Shown here piece after piece: positions 31,593 through 42,078 of a DNA stretch of 64,000 nt (positions within the stretch are counted from its first letter, which is position 1; each line of letters starts with the position of its first letter). The DNA comes from an uncultured Chloroflexia bacterium (lineage in GTDB: Bacteria > Chloroflexota > Anaerolineae > Aggregatilineales > Phototrophicaceae), in the NCBI GenBank assembly GCA_963752305.1, contig CAVVXQ010000009.1, positions 1,795,759 through 1,859,758 on the forward strand, in the 5' to 3' direction. A model generated the notes under the pieces. That model saw nothing but the letters and a program-made list of their open reading frames with translations, was not told the origin of the DNA and did no database searches. The translations under genes and the position numbers were made by a program.

Positions 31593-32546
31593 TTAGCGGC
31601 TCATTGTAACCAATGCACTTAAACTATCCACATTATTTATGGGCATACCCGATTTAGAACGATCTATGCGTTTCAGAAGCCCAGTCAGAACGTCTTTCGG
31701 CCCTAATTCGATAAATGTCTCTGCCCCATCAGCAATCATGGCCTGCACGGACTCTGTCCAGCGAACTGAATGAGTTAATTGCAAATCCAGTTCTTTGCGT
31801 ATCATGTCTTTGTCAGTTAAAGGTGCTGCGTCCACATTACCATAAACTGGCATTTGTGGAGCTTCAAAATCCATTTCCAATAATACTTCCCGGAACGCAG
31901 CCGAGGCAGAAGCCATCAAGGGAGAATGGGCAGCAATGCTGACCGCCAATCTCAGCGCCCGTTTCGCCCCAGCCTCTTGAGCAAGCAGCCTCCCAACTTC
32001 AATTGTTGTTTCGTCACCCGAAATCACAATCTGACCTGGACAGTTGTCATTAGCAAGTACCAATACCCCCCCAGTCTGCTGGCTGGCACGGTCACAAACC
32101 TCACGCACCTGATCGGCATCCAGCCCTAACAGAGCGGCCATCGCACCGGGATTCAATACACCCGCCTCTTTCATCAGCTTTCCACGTTCGCGTACCAATT
32201 TCAATCCAGCCGCAAATGACATCGCATTGGCAGCCGCCAGAGCGGTAAACTCACCCAGACTGTGCCCAGCTACAAAGGCGGGCACGGCATCGGGCAACTC
32301 AGCTTGCAGCGCGCGTAAGGTTGCAATACCACATGTATACAAAGCGGGCTGGGTATTAAGGGTATCGTTTAGCGCATCCTCCGGCCCATTGAAGCATAGA
32401 TCGCTCAAGCGAAAACCCAGCACTTCATCGGCCTCTGCAAAGGTCTGTCGTGCGGCGGGATAGACATCGGCCAGGTCCTTGCCCATACCTACGACTTGAG
32501 AACCCTGGCCGGGAAAAACAAAAGCGATTTTCTTCCAGTCCACCAT
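31593..32546 (-). CDS. fabD: Malonyl-CoA:ACP transacylase
   Basis: FPGQGSQ, GHSLGE, AAHSPLM, VRW, ELGP. Confidence 0.95.
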   Translation of the reverse strand: MVDWKKIAFVFPGQGSQVVGMGKDLADVYPAARQTFAEADEVLGFRLSDLCFNGPEDALNDTLNTQPALYTCGIATLRALQAELPDAVPAFVAGHSLGEFTALAAANAMSFAAGLKLVRERGKLMKEAGVLNPGAMAALLGLDADQVREVCDRASQQTGGVLVLANDNCPGQIVISGDETTIEVGRLLAQEAGAKRALRLAVSIAAHSPLMASASAAFREVLLEMDFEAPQMPVYGNVDAAPLTDKDMIRKELDLQLTHSVRWTESVQAMIADGAETFIELGPKDVLTGLLKRIDRSKSGMPINNVDSLSALVTMSR

Positions 32547-32630
32547 GAATTATCTCCTTGCGAATGGGAATGGTTTCATCGGGATATTCTATCCAAGATC
32601 GAAATAAATGATGAAACACCCTAAAAAAGC

Positions 32631-32663
32631 AAAAGCCGCACTGTTTAGACAGTACGGCCTTTT
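32631..32663 (-). terminator. Intrinsic terminator after rpmF
   Basis: gccg.actgt...acagt.cggc stem with A/T tracts. Confidence 0.55.
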
Positions 32664-32685
32664 CTTGACAATAAATCGCGTTAAA

Positions 32686-32871
32686 TTACGATGATTTGAC
32701 TTCAATCACCTGTTCGCCCTTGTATGAACCACAATTTGGGCAAACATGATGGGCAACATGGTACTCATTGCACGTCTCGCATCGCACGAGGTGATTTAAG
32801 GTGAGGGCGTCATGAGAACGGCGCTTATTCCGGCGCGTCTGGGAGTGTCGGCGTTTTGGTAGAGGACCCAC
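32686..32871 (-). CDS. rpmF: 50S ribosomal protein L32
   Basis: PKRRHS..RRNKRR, CxxC...HHVCPNCGSY. Confidence 0.95.
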   Translation of the reverse strand: MGPLPKRRHSQTRRNKRRSHDALTLNHLVRCETCNEYHVAHHVCPNCGSYKGEQVIEVKSS

Positions 32872-33144
32872 GAGATTATTCTCCTCGTCTTCTTGCGTTG
32901 GTTTGCGAAGTGAGCCGATTATAAAGTCCAGCACCTAGCCCTGTCAAGGTTAGGTAAAAGCTGCAAACTACCGAAATCCTTCGATACTCACCCTGATTGC
33001 AAGGAGATTTTTAGCCATAGATGGCATAATGCGCAAGTTAGTTATCTCCCGCTTTTGACACTGCACAGAAATTCGCGTTGATCTTTCGGCGGATGCACTG
33101 TACTGTTGAATTATGAACTCATCACAATACGGATATAACCCCAC

Positions 33145-34650
33145 ATGAATGAAATCGAAAACACCCAGGAGTCCTCGTCGCGGAGTGCTGGCCGAACTAT
33201 TGCACGAAATACAGCCGTTGGAGGCGTGGCACAAATCCTGTTGCGGGTTGTCAGTTTTTTGTTCCAGATTCTGGTGGTCAATACACTTGGCGGCGAAAAT
33301 TATGGTCAGTACACTATCGTACTTGGCTGGGCAGGCTTATTTAGCGTCTTGGGTGACCTGGGTGTTACCTATTATTTCACACGAGAAATTGCGCGCGACC
33401 ATGAAAAAACCGCACAGTATTTCTGGGATGTGGTTGTGCTGCGCGGAATCCTGGCATTGGTCGCTGCTGTCATAACAACCGGGGGCGCAATTGCCTATGG
33501 CTACTCTCGTGAGATTGTGATTGCTACCGCCCTATACACCGCAACTTATTTTCTCCAAGCATTTCTAGCACCTTTATTAAGTGTGATTAGTGGCAATGAG
33601 CGGGTCGATATCACCTCGTTATTTGAAGTGATCGGTCAGATCATTTTTATGGCAGCAGGTGCATTGTTCCTGTTTGCGGGGAAAGATTTCGTTTGGCTGG
33701 TTATTGCCGCCTTTTTTAACATGCCAGTTCTTATTTTCCTTTCCTTACGGGTTATACGTCGCAACCACTTTGGGCCACCACGTTTCCGAATTAATCCACA
33801 ACTTTGGTGGTCACTTATTGTGAGTGGTTTGCCTTTTGGACTGATTCAACTATCGCTTTCATTCGCATTCCGAATTGACACAGTAATTTTGAGCACACAT
33901 GTAACCGATGAGCAAGTTGGCTGGTATAACGCAGCCTACAATCTGACTCTTACGCTATTAACCTTATCGCGCACTTTTAATACTGCTATTCTCCCTACAT
34001 TGGCAAGAGAACATTCTCATAATCCCGAATTAGTACGCTCGTGGTATTTTAGCTCCGTCCGAATGTTGCTATTCATCAGCCTACCCATTGCGGTTGGCGG
34101 TATGGTGATGGCTTACTCCATTGTCGAATTTCTGTACAAGCCAGAGTTAATCCCGGCGTTTGTTCCCCTAACAATCCTCGTATGGGATATACCTTTCGTA
34201 ATGTATCATACATTCTGTGGCAATATCGCCCAATCAATCAAGCGAGAACGTAGTGCTGCGGTGGTGTACTTCACATTGGGAGTTGGGAATTTTATCTTAA
34301 ACCTACTTTTAATTCCGCATTTTGGTATCATCGGATCAGCCTTTGCCACTGTAGTCACCGATATGGTTGGAGCACTCGAATATTATGTCCTGCTGCGTCA
34401 TGAATTCGGACCGGGTTTAAAATTCTCCCGAATCCTGCGGTTGGGAATCGTCACTACCATCATGGGCATACTGGCCTATGTCCTCCAATCCTGGAATTTA
34501 GTGGTTGTGGTTTTCATCGCTGGCGGTTTCTACTTCACTGCCACATGGTTATCCGGTACATTTACAGTGGCGGAACGGCAACAGTTGGTAAAATTATTCC
34601 AGCATCTGTCGCGCGCAGTTATGCGTCGTTTCCAACTCAGTGCAGCATAA
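33145..34650 (+). CDS. Wzx-type polysaccharide flippase
   Basis: LG.ENYG, DLGV...TREIA, IDTVIL...VGWYNAAY, LLIPHFGIIGSA. Confidence 0.88.
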   Translation: MNEIENTQESSSRSAGRTIARNTAVGGVAQILLRVVSFLFQILVVNTLGGENYGQYTIVLGWAGLFSVLGDLGVTYYFTREIARDHEKTAQYFWDVVVLRGILALVAAVITTGGAIAYGYSREIVIATALYTATYFLQAFLAPLLSVISGNERVDITSLFEVIGQIIFMAAGALFLFAGKDFVWLVIAAFFNMPVLIFLSLRVIRRNHFGPPRFRINPQLWWSLIVSGLPFGLIQLSLSFAFRIDTVILSTHVTDEQVGWYNAAYNLTLTLLTLSRTFNTAILPTLAREHSHNPELVRSWYFSSVRMLLFISLPIAVGGMVMAYSIVEFLYKPELIPAFVPLTILVWDIPFVMYHTFCGNIAQSIKRERSAAVVYFTLGVGNFILNLLLIPHFGIIGSAFATVVTDMVGALEYYVLLRHEFGPGLKFSRILRLGIVTTIMGILAYVLQSWNLVVVVFIAGGFYFTATWLSGTFTVAERQQLVKLFQHLSRAVMRRFQLSAA

Positions 34651-34677
34651 AATCGGAAACTGACAAGGAGATTCGTT

Positions 34678-36000
34678 GTGCGGATTTTGATTGCAGTTCA
34701 TGGTTTCCCGCCCACCCATTCCGCCGGGGCAGAACGGCAAGCTGAACGTATGGCACAATGGTTCATAAATCATGGACATCATGTAGAGATATTTGCTATT
34801 AAGTCAGTGAGCGCGCCAAGACTAAAACTTGAAACCAGCGAACAAGACGGGTTATTGGTTCATCGTGTTTTCTATAATGTGAAGGCGAGTGATAACCCTT
34901 TCCGAAATCTGTACGACAATCCCGCTTTGGGCGATACACTGTACGATTTACTGGCGAGTCGTTCATTCGATTTAGTACACCTCATCAGTGGATACATGCT
35001 TGGGGGGCAGGTTATTCACGCTGCTCATAAATCTGGGCTTCCAGTGGCCGTTAGCCCAATGGAGTTTTGGTTCCTGTGCCCACAATTGAATTTAATTCAG
35101 CCAACCGGGGTATTGTGTTCAGGGCCGGAAAGCGATCAAAAGTGTATGCGCTGTCTCATGGAAGACAAACGGCGCTATCGCCGCCCAGCAGAGATCGCAC
35201 CTGGCATAATGAATTTGTTCTGGTCAACAGCCGAGCACATGCCATTCACTCAGGCAACTACACAGGCTGTTGCACAACGACGAGTTTTTTTGCAAGACGC
35301 GCTTGATAGTGCCGATTTAGTGATCTGCAATTCACAATTCCTCATCCACAAATTCGAGCAATTTGGTTTTAATACGCAGAATTACCAATATATCCGACAA
35401 GGGCTAACAACGACGCTCAAACCACAAACTTCGGCTCAAAATACAAATTCACAAAAGGAACAACTGCGGTTGGGGTACATCGGACAAATTAAATATCACA
35501 AAGGTGTTGATTTGTTGGTTGATACTGTTATTCAACTACAAGATGCAGGCAAAGCGGTATCGCTGGATATATGGGGCAACGAGGCCGAAGCGCAAAATTA
35601 CGCAACGACATTAAAAACTCGATCAGCGAATTATCCAAATATTCACTGGAATGGTTCATATGTCGGAGCCAAAGTGTGGGATGTCATCAGCAGTATTGAT
35701 GTATTGGTTGTTCCGTCGCGCTGGTATGAAAACAGCCCAAATGTTATTTTAGAGGCATTTGAAATGAAACGCCCAGTAATTGTTACCAATCTGGGCGGCA
35801 TGGCGGAACTGGTTGAATCCGAAGTTAGCGGACTTGTATTTGAACTTAACAACATTGACGATCTGCAACGGCAGATTGAACGCTTGTTAAGCGAACCCGA
35901 CTTATTACCCCGCCTCAAAGCTGGAATTCCAGCAGTCAAACGACTTGACGATGAAATGCAAGAGTTAGTATTACACTACGAGCGTGTACTCACTCAATAG
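34678..36000 (+). CDS. Glycosyltransferase family 4
   Basis: FPP..GAE, YIGQ..HKG, VPSRWYENSP.VILEA. Confidence 0.88.
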   Translation: MRILIAVHGFPPTHSAGAERQAERMAQWFINHGHHVEIFAIKSVSAPRLKLETSEQDGLLVHRVFYNVKASDNPFRNLYDNPALGDTLYDLLASRSFDLVHLISGYMLGGQVIHAAHKSGLPVAVSPMEFWFLCPQLNLIQPTGVLCSGPESDQKCMRCLMEDKRRYRRPAEIAPGIMNLFWSTAEHMPFTQATTQAVAQRRVFLQDALDSADLVICNSQFLIHKFEQFGFNTQNYQYIRQGLTTTLKPQTSAQNTNSQKEQLRLGYIGQIKYHKGVDLLVDTVIQLQDAGKAVSLDIWGNEAEAQNYATTLKTRSANYPNIHWNGSYVGAKVWDVISSIDVLVVPSRWYENSPNVILEAFEMKRPVIVTNLGGMAELVESEVSGLVFELNNIDDLQRQIERLLSEPDLLPRLKAGIPAVKRLDDEMQELVLHYERVLTQ

Positions 36001-36064
36001 ACGTCTCCCCTTCTATTTTGTATACTGTCACTCGTGCGCTCAAAACCGACCAGAAAGGTGGACA

Positions 36065-37013
36065 ATGACAACACTCATCACCGGAGGAGCAGGTTTCATC
36101 GGCAGCCGCCTCGCTGACTATCTGCTCAGACACAACCAGGCGGTTGTCATCCTGGACAATTTTGATGACCTTTACGACCCAGCCATTAAACGCTCAAACA
36201 TTGCTTCACTCAATGGCTCTCCTCCTGTGATTGAGGGCGACTTGCGTGATAAAGCCCTGGTTGAGCGATTATTTAATGAGTATGGCATCACGCGAGTTGC
36301 CCACCTGGGTGGGTTGGCAAATGTGCGCAAATCCATCGAACGCGGCGATATTTATGCTGACGTCAACACCACTGGAAGCGTGTCGTTGATGAACATTGCC
36401 CGACAGCACAATGTATCAGTATTTGTACAGGCGTCTACGTCATCGGTCTATGGGCAGACAACACGTATCCCATTTTCCGAAGCGGATGAGCCGGATTTCC
36501 CACTCGCACCTTATCCCGCCAGCAAACGTGCGGCAGAAATTTTCGGCCATAGCTATCATCACATATTTGGTCTCAATGTAACCGTTCTGCGTTTTTTCAA
36601 TGTGTACGGGCCATTTGGTCGCCCGGATATGATGCCAATGAAAGCTATCGAAGCCATTCTCAATGGAGATGTCATTACCGTGTATGACGGCGGAAAACTC
36701 GAACGGGATTGGACATACATTGATGACATTGTAAGCGGAGTGGCATCTGCCCTGGAAAATCCTCTAGGTTACACGATTTTCAACATGGGATGTGGTTCTC
36801 CCATTCCATTAACCCAATTTATCCAGATTTATGAAGAACTAATCGGCAAAAAAGCCATTACTGAAGTCCGCACCCGCACCCGCAAGCGAACCCCGCATCA
36901 CCTATTGTGATAACTCGCGCGCGATGGAACTGCTTGGTTTCAACCCCCAGGTTGGTATCGAAGAAGGGTTGGCACGCACCTGGAAATGGTATCAGGCGAC
37001 CAAAATGCAATAG
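36065..37013 (+). CDS. NAD-dependent nucleotide-sugar epimerase (UDP-glucuronate 4-epimerase-like; frameshift near 36870)
   Basis: ITGGAGFIGS, STSSVYG, YPASK, LRFFNVYGP.GRPDM, RDWTY; alternative frame continues LLGFNPQVGIEEGL..W to stop 37013. Confidence 0.85.
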
Positions 37014-37049
37014 GATAATGGAGAGCTAAGAATACAATACCCCCTGAAT

Positions 37050-38072
37050 TTATTCGCTCAGTTTTTTCTCCAATGCCGCAATTTCATCTTCAACATTCTT
37101 CAGTAGTTTCCGAGTCATTTCTAACCCGGATTGCTGTGTAAGCGGTTTCGCCTGAATTGCGGCTATTTTTTGGCGGAATAGTGATGCAGACGCATACAAC
37201 TCACTGAGCTTCTGATTCGCTTCTGGTGTGGCATCCGGGAACGTGGGGAGAGATGTCAATAATGGGGCTGGTGGAACATCGGCCTCAGGTGTTTTCGTGG
37301 ACACGGCCTTGTTAGGTGTTGACGTGGCAGACGCAGGTGACTTTGAAGTTGTATCTTTTTGCTGCCGCTTTTTCGCCTCAAGTATTTTAGAGGTTACGTT
37401 CATGGCGAACACCGCCATGCCACCGATTTGATCGTCGAAAGCACACGTACCCTCAACAATGAGGGCATCCTCCGGGTCAGAAACGGCCTCCTCCACCTTG
37501 CGCCACTGCTTGGCGGCGATGTACACAGTATAGATTGTTGGGGTTGCTGGTGGCGTCGGAACGCCTTTAGGAAGTGTTGCCGATTTTGATGCATGAGACA
37601 TGGTGGTTATCACCAGGTCTTTGTGACTGCTATCAACCCGGCCAGGACGACCAATCAAGGTGATTTTCACAGTATTCAACACTCCTGTATCATCCAAAAG
37701 CGGCTTCAGAACTTCTACCCGTCTGTTCCAATCAAAAACTGGTCGGAGGGGTTCCGACGGCTTAGGCCGCACCTCTTTTTTACGAAAGTAACCGGGGAAA
37801 ATACGTTTCGCTTTGTCAGGGGGCATTTTATGGCGAGCGACGTAAAAGTATACACCACCCGGCGTCCGCCGACGGGATTGGTCGGGCAGCATTAAACCAC
37901 CCTCTGCCTCGATTGTCAGTGTTTCCTGGAGAATCGACTGAGCAAATTCCAAACCACAGTATTGAATGATTTCCTCGATTTGCCGACGAGGTTGATTATC
38001 CGTTTCATCAAGCGCCTGAGCAATCTGCGCTGCAACCGCCCGCCATTCGTCTTGGGACACCTGTTTCCTCAC
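37050..38072 (-). CDS. Protein with PHAX-type RNA-binding domain, central beta domain and C-terminal coiled coil
   Basis: ETLTIEAEGGL...RRRTPGGVYF matches the PHAX RNA-binding domain signature. Confidence 0.65.
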   Translation of the reverse strand: MRKQVSQDEWRAVAAQIAQALDETDNQPRRQIEEIIQYCGLEFAQSILQETLTIEAEGGLMLPDQSRRRTPGGVYFYVARHKMPPDKAKRIFPGYFRKKEVRPKPSEPLRPVFDWNRRVEVLKPLLDDTGVLNTVKITLIGRPGRVDSSHKDLVITTMSHASKSATLPKGVPTPPATPTIYTVYIAAKQWRKVEEAVSDPEDALIVEGTCAFDDQIGGMAVFAMNVTSKILEAKKRQQKDTTSKSPASATSTPNKAVSTKTPEADVPPAPLLTSLPTFPDATPEANQKLSELYASASLFRQKIAAIQAKPLTQQSGLEMTRKLLKNVEDEIAALEKKLSE

Positions 38073-38105
38073 TGGTGATTCGGGATTGTATGAACAGAGA
38101 TGAAA

Positions 38106-38387
38106 TTATTGGATCACAAAATGGTCGAATTCGCCGCTTGCGGACTGCCAATCGACCTCAACCGACAACACCCGCGCGCCAAGCGGCCCCTGGTTCAAAA
38201 AAACCAGCAATTGATCCAACTGGTCGCGTGTTCCCTCCGCTTTCACCTCTACGGTTCCATCAGGCAAATTTCTCACCCAGCCCGTTATGCCGATTTCACC
38301 CGCACGTAAGGTCGTATAATAACGGAAACTCACGCCCTGCACACGTCCGTGTATGACAGCGTGTAACCTGCTAATATCCGGTGTCAT
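38106..38387 (-). CDS. acyP: Acylphosphatase
   Basis: GRVQGVSFR, GWVRNLPDGTVE. Confidence 0.92.
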   Translation of the reverse strand: MTPDISRLHAVIHGRVQGVSFRYYTTLRAGEIGITGWVRNLPDGTVEVKAEGTRDQLDQLLVFLNQGPLGARVLSVEVDWQSASGEFDHFVIQ

Positions 38388-38614
38388 TCCAACTGCCCTT
38401 GCCATCTTACACCAAGCAATTTTACCATAACGAACCCACTTAATCATATGCGCATGATACCAAAAGTGGGGGCAATATGAAACTTGGGGATAGAATCAAT
38501 CCTCAGCATAGGATAGCATAATGTGACTCCATAGCGCCTCCTCGACATTACTATCACGTTTGACCCTTCACCGGAAATGACACACCACCTGAGAGCAGAC
38601 GGTCTGGTCTAGCG

Positions 38615-38672
38615 TGCACTAATATTGCACTGCCATTGCACTGCTTCTGCACGGCTTGCACCCTTCTTGCAC
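38615..38672 (+). promoter_or_regulatory. Six phased TGCAC direct repeats upstream of the ABC operon
   Basis: TGCAC at 38615, 38626, 38637, 38648, 38657, 38668 (spacing 11,11,11,9,11). Confidence 0.7.
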
Positions 38673-38981
38673 CCCCTCCACAGCTTCCAGATGATATGTT
38701 CATTATTATGTAAAATTTTGAGCTATTTTGGCTACTAATGATGATCCTCAGTAAGTATATATATATTTTAATTCAATAAGGAGGCTCACCGGATAGTATG
38801 TATTATATTTTTGCAAGACTTAATAACACTTTTGTTTCCTTCCGTCTTCAGCCACACAAACCAGCACATAACGGCCTAACAAGCCCGTTTCCTGACAGGA
38901 AAGGCATTGATTTGCATTCTGGGTTATGGGAAGCGAATTTTGTCACGTTCGGAAGATTTTTCACATCAAGGAGACATTCAC

Positions 38982-39770
38982 ATGGCTGAGAAGTCTACCC
39001 CGGATTACGCCCTGAGAATGGTCAATATCCAGAAGAATTTCGGACTGGTTAGCGCCCTCAAAAACATCAATTTAGATGTTGAAAGCAATGAGATCGTCGG
39101 GCTTATCGGAGATAACGGCGCAGGCAAATCGACGATGGTGAAGATCCTCACAGGAGTGTTTCGACCCACCAGCGGTAATCTCTACGTCGCCGGACATCAA
39201 GTCGATCTCCAGAATTATAACGTCAAGCGGGCACACGATTATGGTATAGAAACTGTCTACCAGGATAAGTCGCTAGGTGAGAAGCAGGTTCTATGGCGAA
39301 ATCTGTTCATTGGACGCCAGATTACACGCCGGTTTGGCTTCATTGACGTAAAAAAGGAAAAGGAAATTGCTAACGAAATGATGATTAACACGATTGGATT
39401 TCGCGGCCGAGGAATAACGGTGGACTCCAAAGTGAGCAAACTTTCGGGCGGCGAACGTCAGGGGGTTGCCATTGGCCGAGCAATGCACTTTGAGGCAGAA
39501 CTTATCATTTTGGACGAGCCAACGGTTGCTCTATCGCTGAAAGAAGTCCAGAAGGTGCTCAACTTCGTCCATCAGGTGAAAGAAGCAGGCAAAGCCTGTA
39601 TCTACATTTCGCATGACCTCAAGGATGTATACGAAATTTCAGATCGATTCGTCATTATGGATCGCGGCGAAATCGTAGCGAGCATCAGCAAGAAAGATAT
39701 TACCCTCATCGCGCTGAGTGAGTTCCTGCTGCAATATGCGCATGGTCTGAAAGACAAAAAGGAATCATGA
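38982..39770 (+). CDS. Sugar ABC transporter ATP-binding protein (single NBD)
   Basis: [25 protein letters not shown]. Confidence 0.92.
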   Translation: MAEKSTPDYALRMVNIQKNFGLVSALKNINLDVESNEIVGLIGDNGAGKSTMVKILTGVFRPTSGNLYVAGHQVDLQNYNVKRAHDYGIETVYQDKSLGEKQVLWRNLFIGRQITRRFGFIDVKKEKEIANEMMINTIGFRGRGITVDSKVSKLSGGERQGVAIGRAMHFEAELIILDEPTVALSLKEVQKVLNFVHQVKEAGKACIYISHDLKDVYEISDRFVIMDRGEIVASISKKDITLIALSEFLLQYAHGLKDKKES

Positions 39771-40840
39771 CACGATTACGTTCATTACTAGTCGGCGTCG
39801 GCAAGCTGGAAGGGATTCCGGTTGCTGCTGTTTTGGCCGTCCTGTATGCGGTGTTCATTTTTACAGCACCCCAGGTCTTCACCGGGGTAGCCATTTATGC
39901 ATCGTTCCTGCAAACCGTGCCCAAGGTCCTGCTCTGCGGTCTGGGCCTAACCTTCATTATCACTGCTGGGGAGATTGATTTAAGTTTCCCAGCGGTGGTT
40001 GCCTTCTCCGGTTTCGTATTTGCATGGATATTCAAGAATTTCGACTCCCCCTTAGCGCCCTGGATTGGGCTGATTGCTGCAATCGGGGCTGGGGCACTGG
40101 TCGGGTTTGTCAATGGAATACTGGTCGCCAAAATCGGTGTTCCGTCCATCATGGCAACACTTGCCACCCAATTTTTCTGGTATGGCGTAACCGTTCTACT
40201 GGCTGGCGGCCTCAATTGGAGCATCAGCCCAATTCGCACCAACATTATGTACCAGATATTTGCGGGTCGGCTTTTTGGCGTGCTGCCTGCACAGGCACTC
40301 TGGGCATTGGGATTAACGATCTTTTTGTGGTTCATCCTGAATCGCCACACATTCGGCGAATCCATTATGTTCATCGGTGATAACCCGGATGTGGCGAGAG
40401 TGATGGGTATCAATGTCGAAGCGACCAAAATCAAGCTGTTCACCATGATGGGCGTCATGGCAGCATTCTCCGCGATTATCGTCACCATCGACATCGGCGT
40501 ATTTTATCCAACACAAGGGCAAGGATTTCTGCTGCCCGCCCTGGCCGGGGTGTTCATTGGTGGCACGTCGATTGCCGGGGGACAGGGTTCTATCATCGGC
40601 ACATTTTTTGGCGCTTATATCATCGGCTCACTTGAAGCTGGAGTGGTTGCCACTGGAATCAGCGGTTACTGGGTTCAGTTGGTAGAAGGGGTTGTCATGG
40701 CGGCATCTGTCACACTCAACATCGTCATAGAGGACGGACGCCTTAATGCATTTCGCAACCGAATCCGTCATTGGAGTGTACCTGCGCGTTCAAACACCAC
40801 CGATGTGGTGTCGAAACGGGACGATATGGCGGTCAAATAG
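39767..40840 (+). CDS. Sugar ABC transporter permease (RbsC-like)
   Basis: GEIDLS, PSIMATL, IGDN..AR.MGI, IGGTS..GG.G. Confidence 0.92.
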   Translation: MTRLRSLLVGVGKLEGIPVAAVLAVLYAVFIFTAPQVFTGVAIYASFLQTVPKVLLCGLGLTFIITAGEIDLSFPAVVAFSGFVFAWIFKNFDSPLAPWIGLIAAIGAGALVGFVNGILVAKIGVPSIMATLATQFFWYGVTVLLAGGLNWSISPIRTNIMYQIFAGRLFGVLPAQALWALGLTIFLWFILNRHTFGESIMFIGDNPDVARVMGINVEATKIKLFTMMGVMAAFSAIIVTIDIGVFYPTQGQGFLLPALAGVFIGGTSIAGGQGSIIGTFFGAYIIGSLEAGVVATGISGYWVQLVEGVVMAASVTLNIVIEDGRLNAFRNRIRHWSVPARSNTTDVVSKRDDMAVK

Positions 40841-40965
40841 ATCGCTAATCGTTCGACTCATTGTTCGTGAGGGAGAACCATTAGAAAAGGAGGAACACTA
40901 TTCCAGATAAAAGCCGAGACAGGTCACATTTATCTTAAACAGATTGACTAGAAAAGGAGATAAGA

Positions 40966-41964
40966 ATGAAGCGTTCTTTTAAATTACCAGCCCTTGTCAT
41001 GATTCTTGCTTTGGCGTTGCTCACCGTACAGTTAGGGCTACTTCCGGCTGCTGCACAGGATCAACCCCAACTGACCGTCTACATGCAGATGGGCGGTACT
41101 CAGGGCGATCCTTCGACACTGGCGCGAACCAACGGCGCAGAAGCTGCCGCAGCAGCACTAGGCATTAACCTGATTGAGCAGTATTCCGGCTGGGACCCAC
41201 AGACCATGCTTGACCAATTCAAGCAGGCGGTTGCGGCCCATCCAGACGGTATCGTCATCATGGGACATCCGGGAGAAGATGCCTTCACACCGCTGGTTGA
41301 AGACGCCGAAAGTCAGGGCATCATCATCACCAGTGGCAACAATCCACTCCCAACCCTTGAGGCAGAATACAAGAATAACGGATTTGGCTACGCCGGAGCA
41401 GACCTGTATGACGGTGGTCATCTCACTGGCGAGGCGATGGTCAAAGCCGGACTGCAAGCTGGCGATGAAGCGGTCATCTATGACATCTGGCACAATGAGG
41501 GACGCGCACTGAGTTCACAGGGTATGTATGATGCGCTCACGGAAGCCGGAGTGGTTGTAGACAAACTCGATGTTTCCAACGAAGTAGACGGTGATGCTTC
41601 ATTGGGCATTCCTGTGCTCACGGGCTACATCGCTGCCCATCCCGATCTTAAAGCCATTGGAACCCAGCATGGTAATGTCACCGCCATCATTCCGAATGTT
41701 CTCCAATCGTCAGGGAAACAACCCGGTGACATCATCGTCGGTGGTATTGATCTTTCGCCCGCAACGGTGGAGGGTATTTCCAGCGGCTACATCAGCGTGA
41801 GTTTCGATCAGGAACTCTACCTGCAAGGTTGGCTGCCGGTACAACAAATCTTCATGACCAAGAACTACCTGATTCCAGGTCTTCATGTCAATACCGGCGT
41901 TGGCATTGTCACGCCTGACAATGTTGCCGATATTTCGGCTCTCATCGAACAGGGTGTACGCTAA
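40966..41964 (+). CDS. Sugar ABC transporter substrate-binding protein
   Basis: Signal peptide, PDGIV, GGIDL...GYI..DQ..YLQG. Confidence 0.88.
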   Translation: MKRSFKLPALVMILALALLTVQLGLLPAAAQDQPQLTVYMQMGGTQGDPSTLARTNGAEAAAAALGINLIEQYSGWDPQTMLDQFKQAVAAHPDGIVIMGHPGEDAFTPLVEDAESQGIIITSGNNPLPTLEAEYKNNGFGYAGADLYDGGHLTGEAMVKAGLQAGDEAVIYDIWHNEGRALSSQGMYDALTEAGVVVDKLDVSNEVDGDASLGIPVLTGYIAAHPDLKAIGTQHGNVTAIIPNVLQSSGKQPGDIIVGGIDLSPATVEGISSGYISVSFDQELYLQGWLPVQQIFMTKNYLIPGLHVNTGVGIVTPDNVADISALIEQGVR

Positions 41965-42043
41965 GAGAGCATAGAGTCACTGCCCTGCCACTGACCGAGC
42001 ATGATCTGGCGGCGGGTGCAGGACTCTACACCCGGTAAGTTGC

Positions 42044-42078
42044 GGGGTGTTGGTGGCAATACCAACACCCCATTTTTA
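42044..42078. terminator. Intrinsic terminator between the convergent ABC operons
   Basis: ggggtgttggt-ggcaat-accaacacccc + attttt. Confidence 0.75.

Noticed and set aside
38615-38672. TGCAC array as a mini-CRISPR or plasmid iterons
   Set aside because: The repeat is only 5 bp with a ~11-bp period, and no Rep gene is nearby; it fits a regulator-binding array better.
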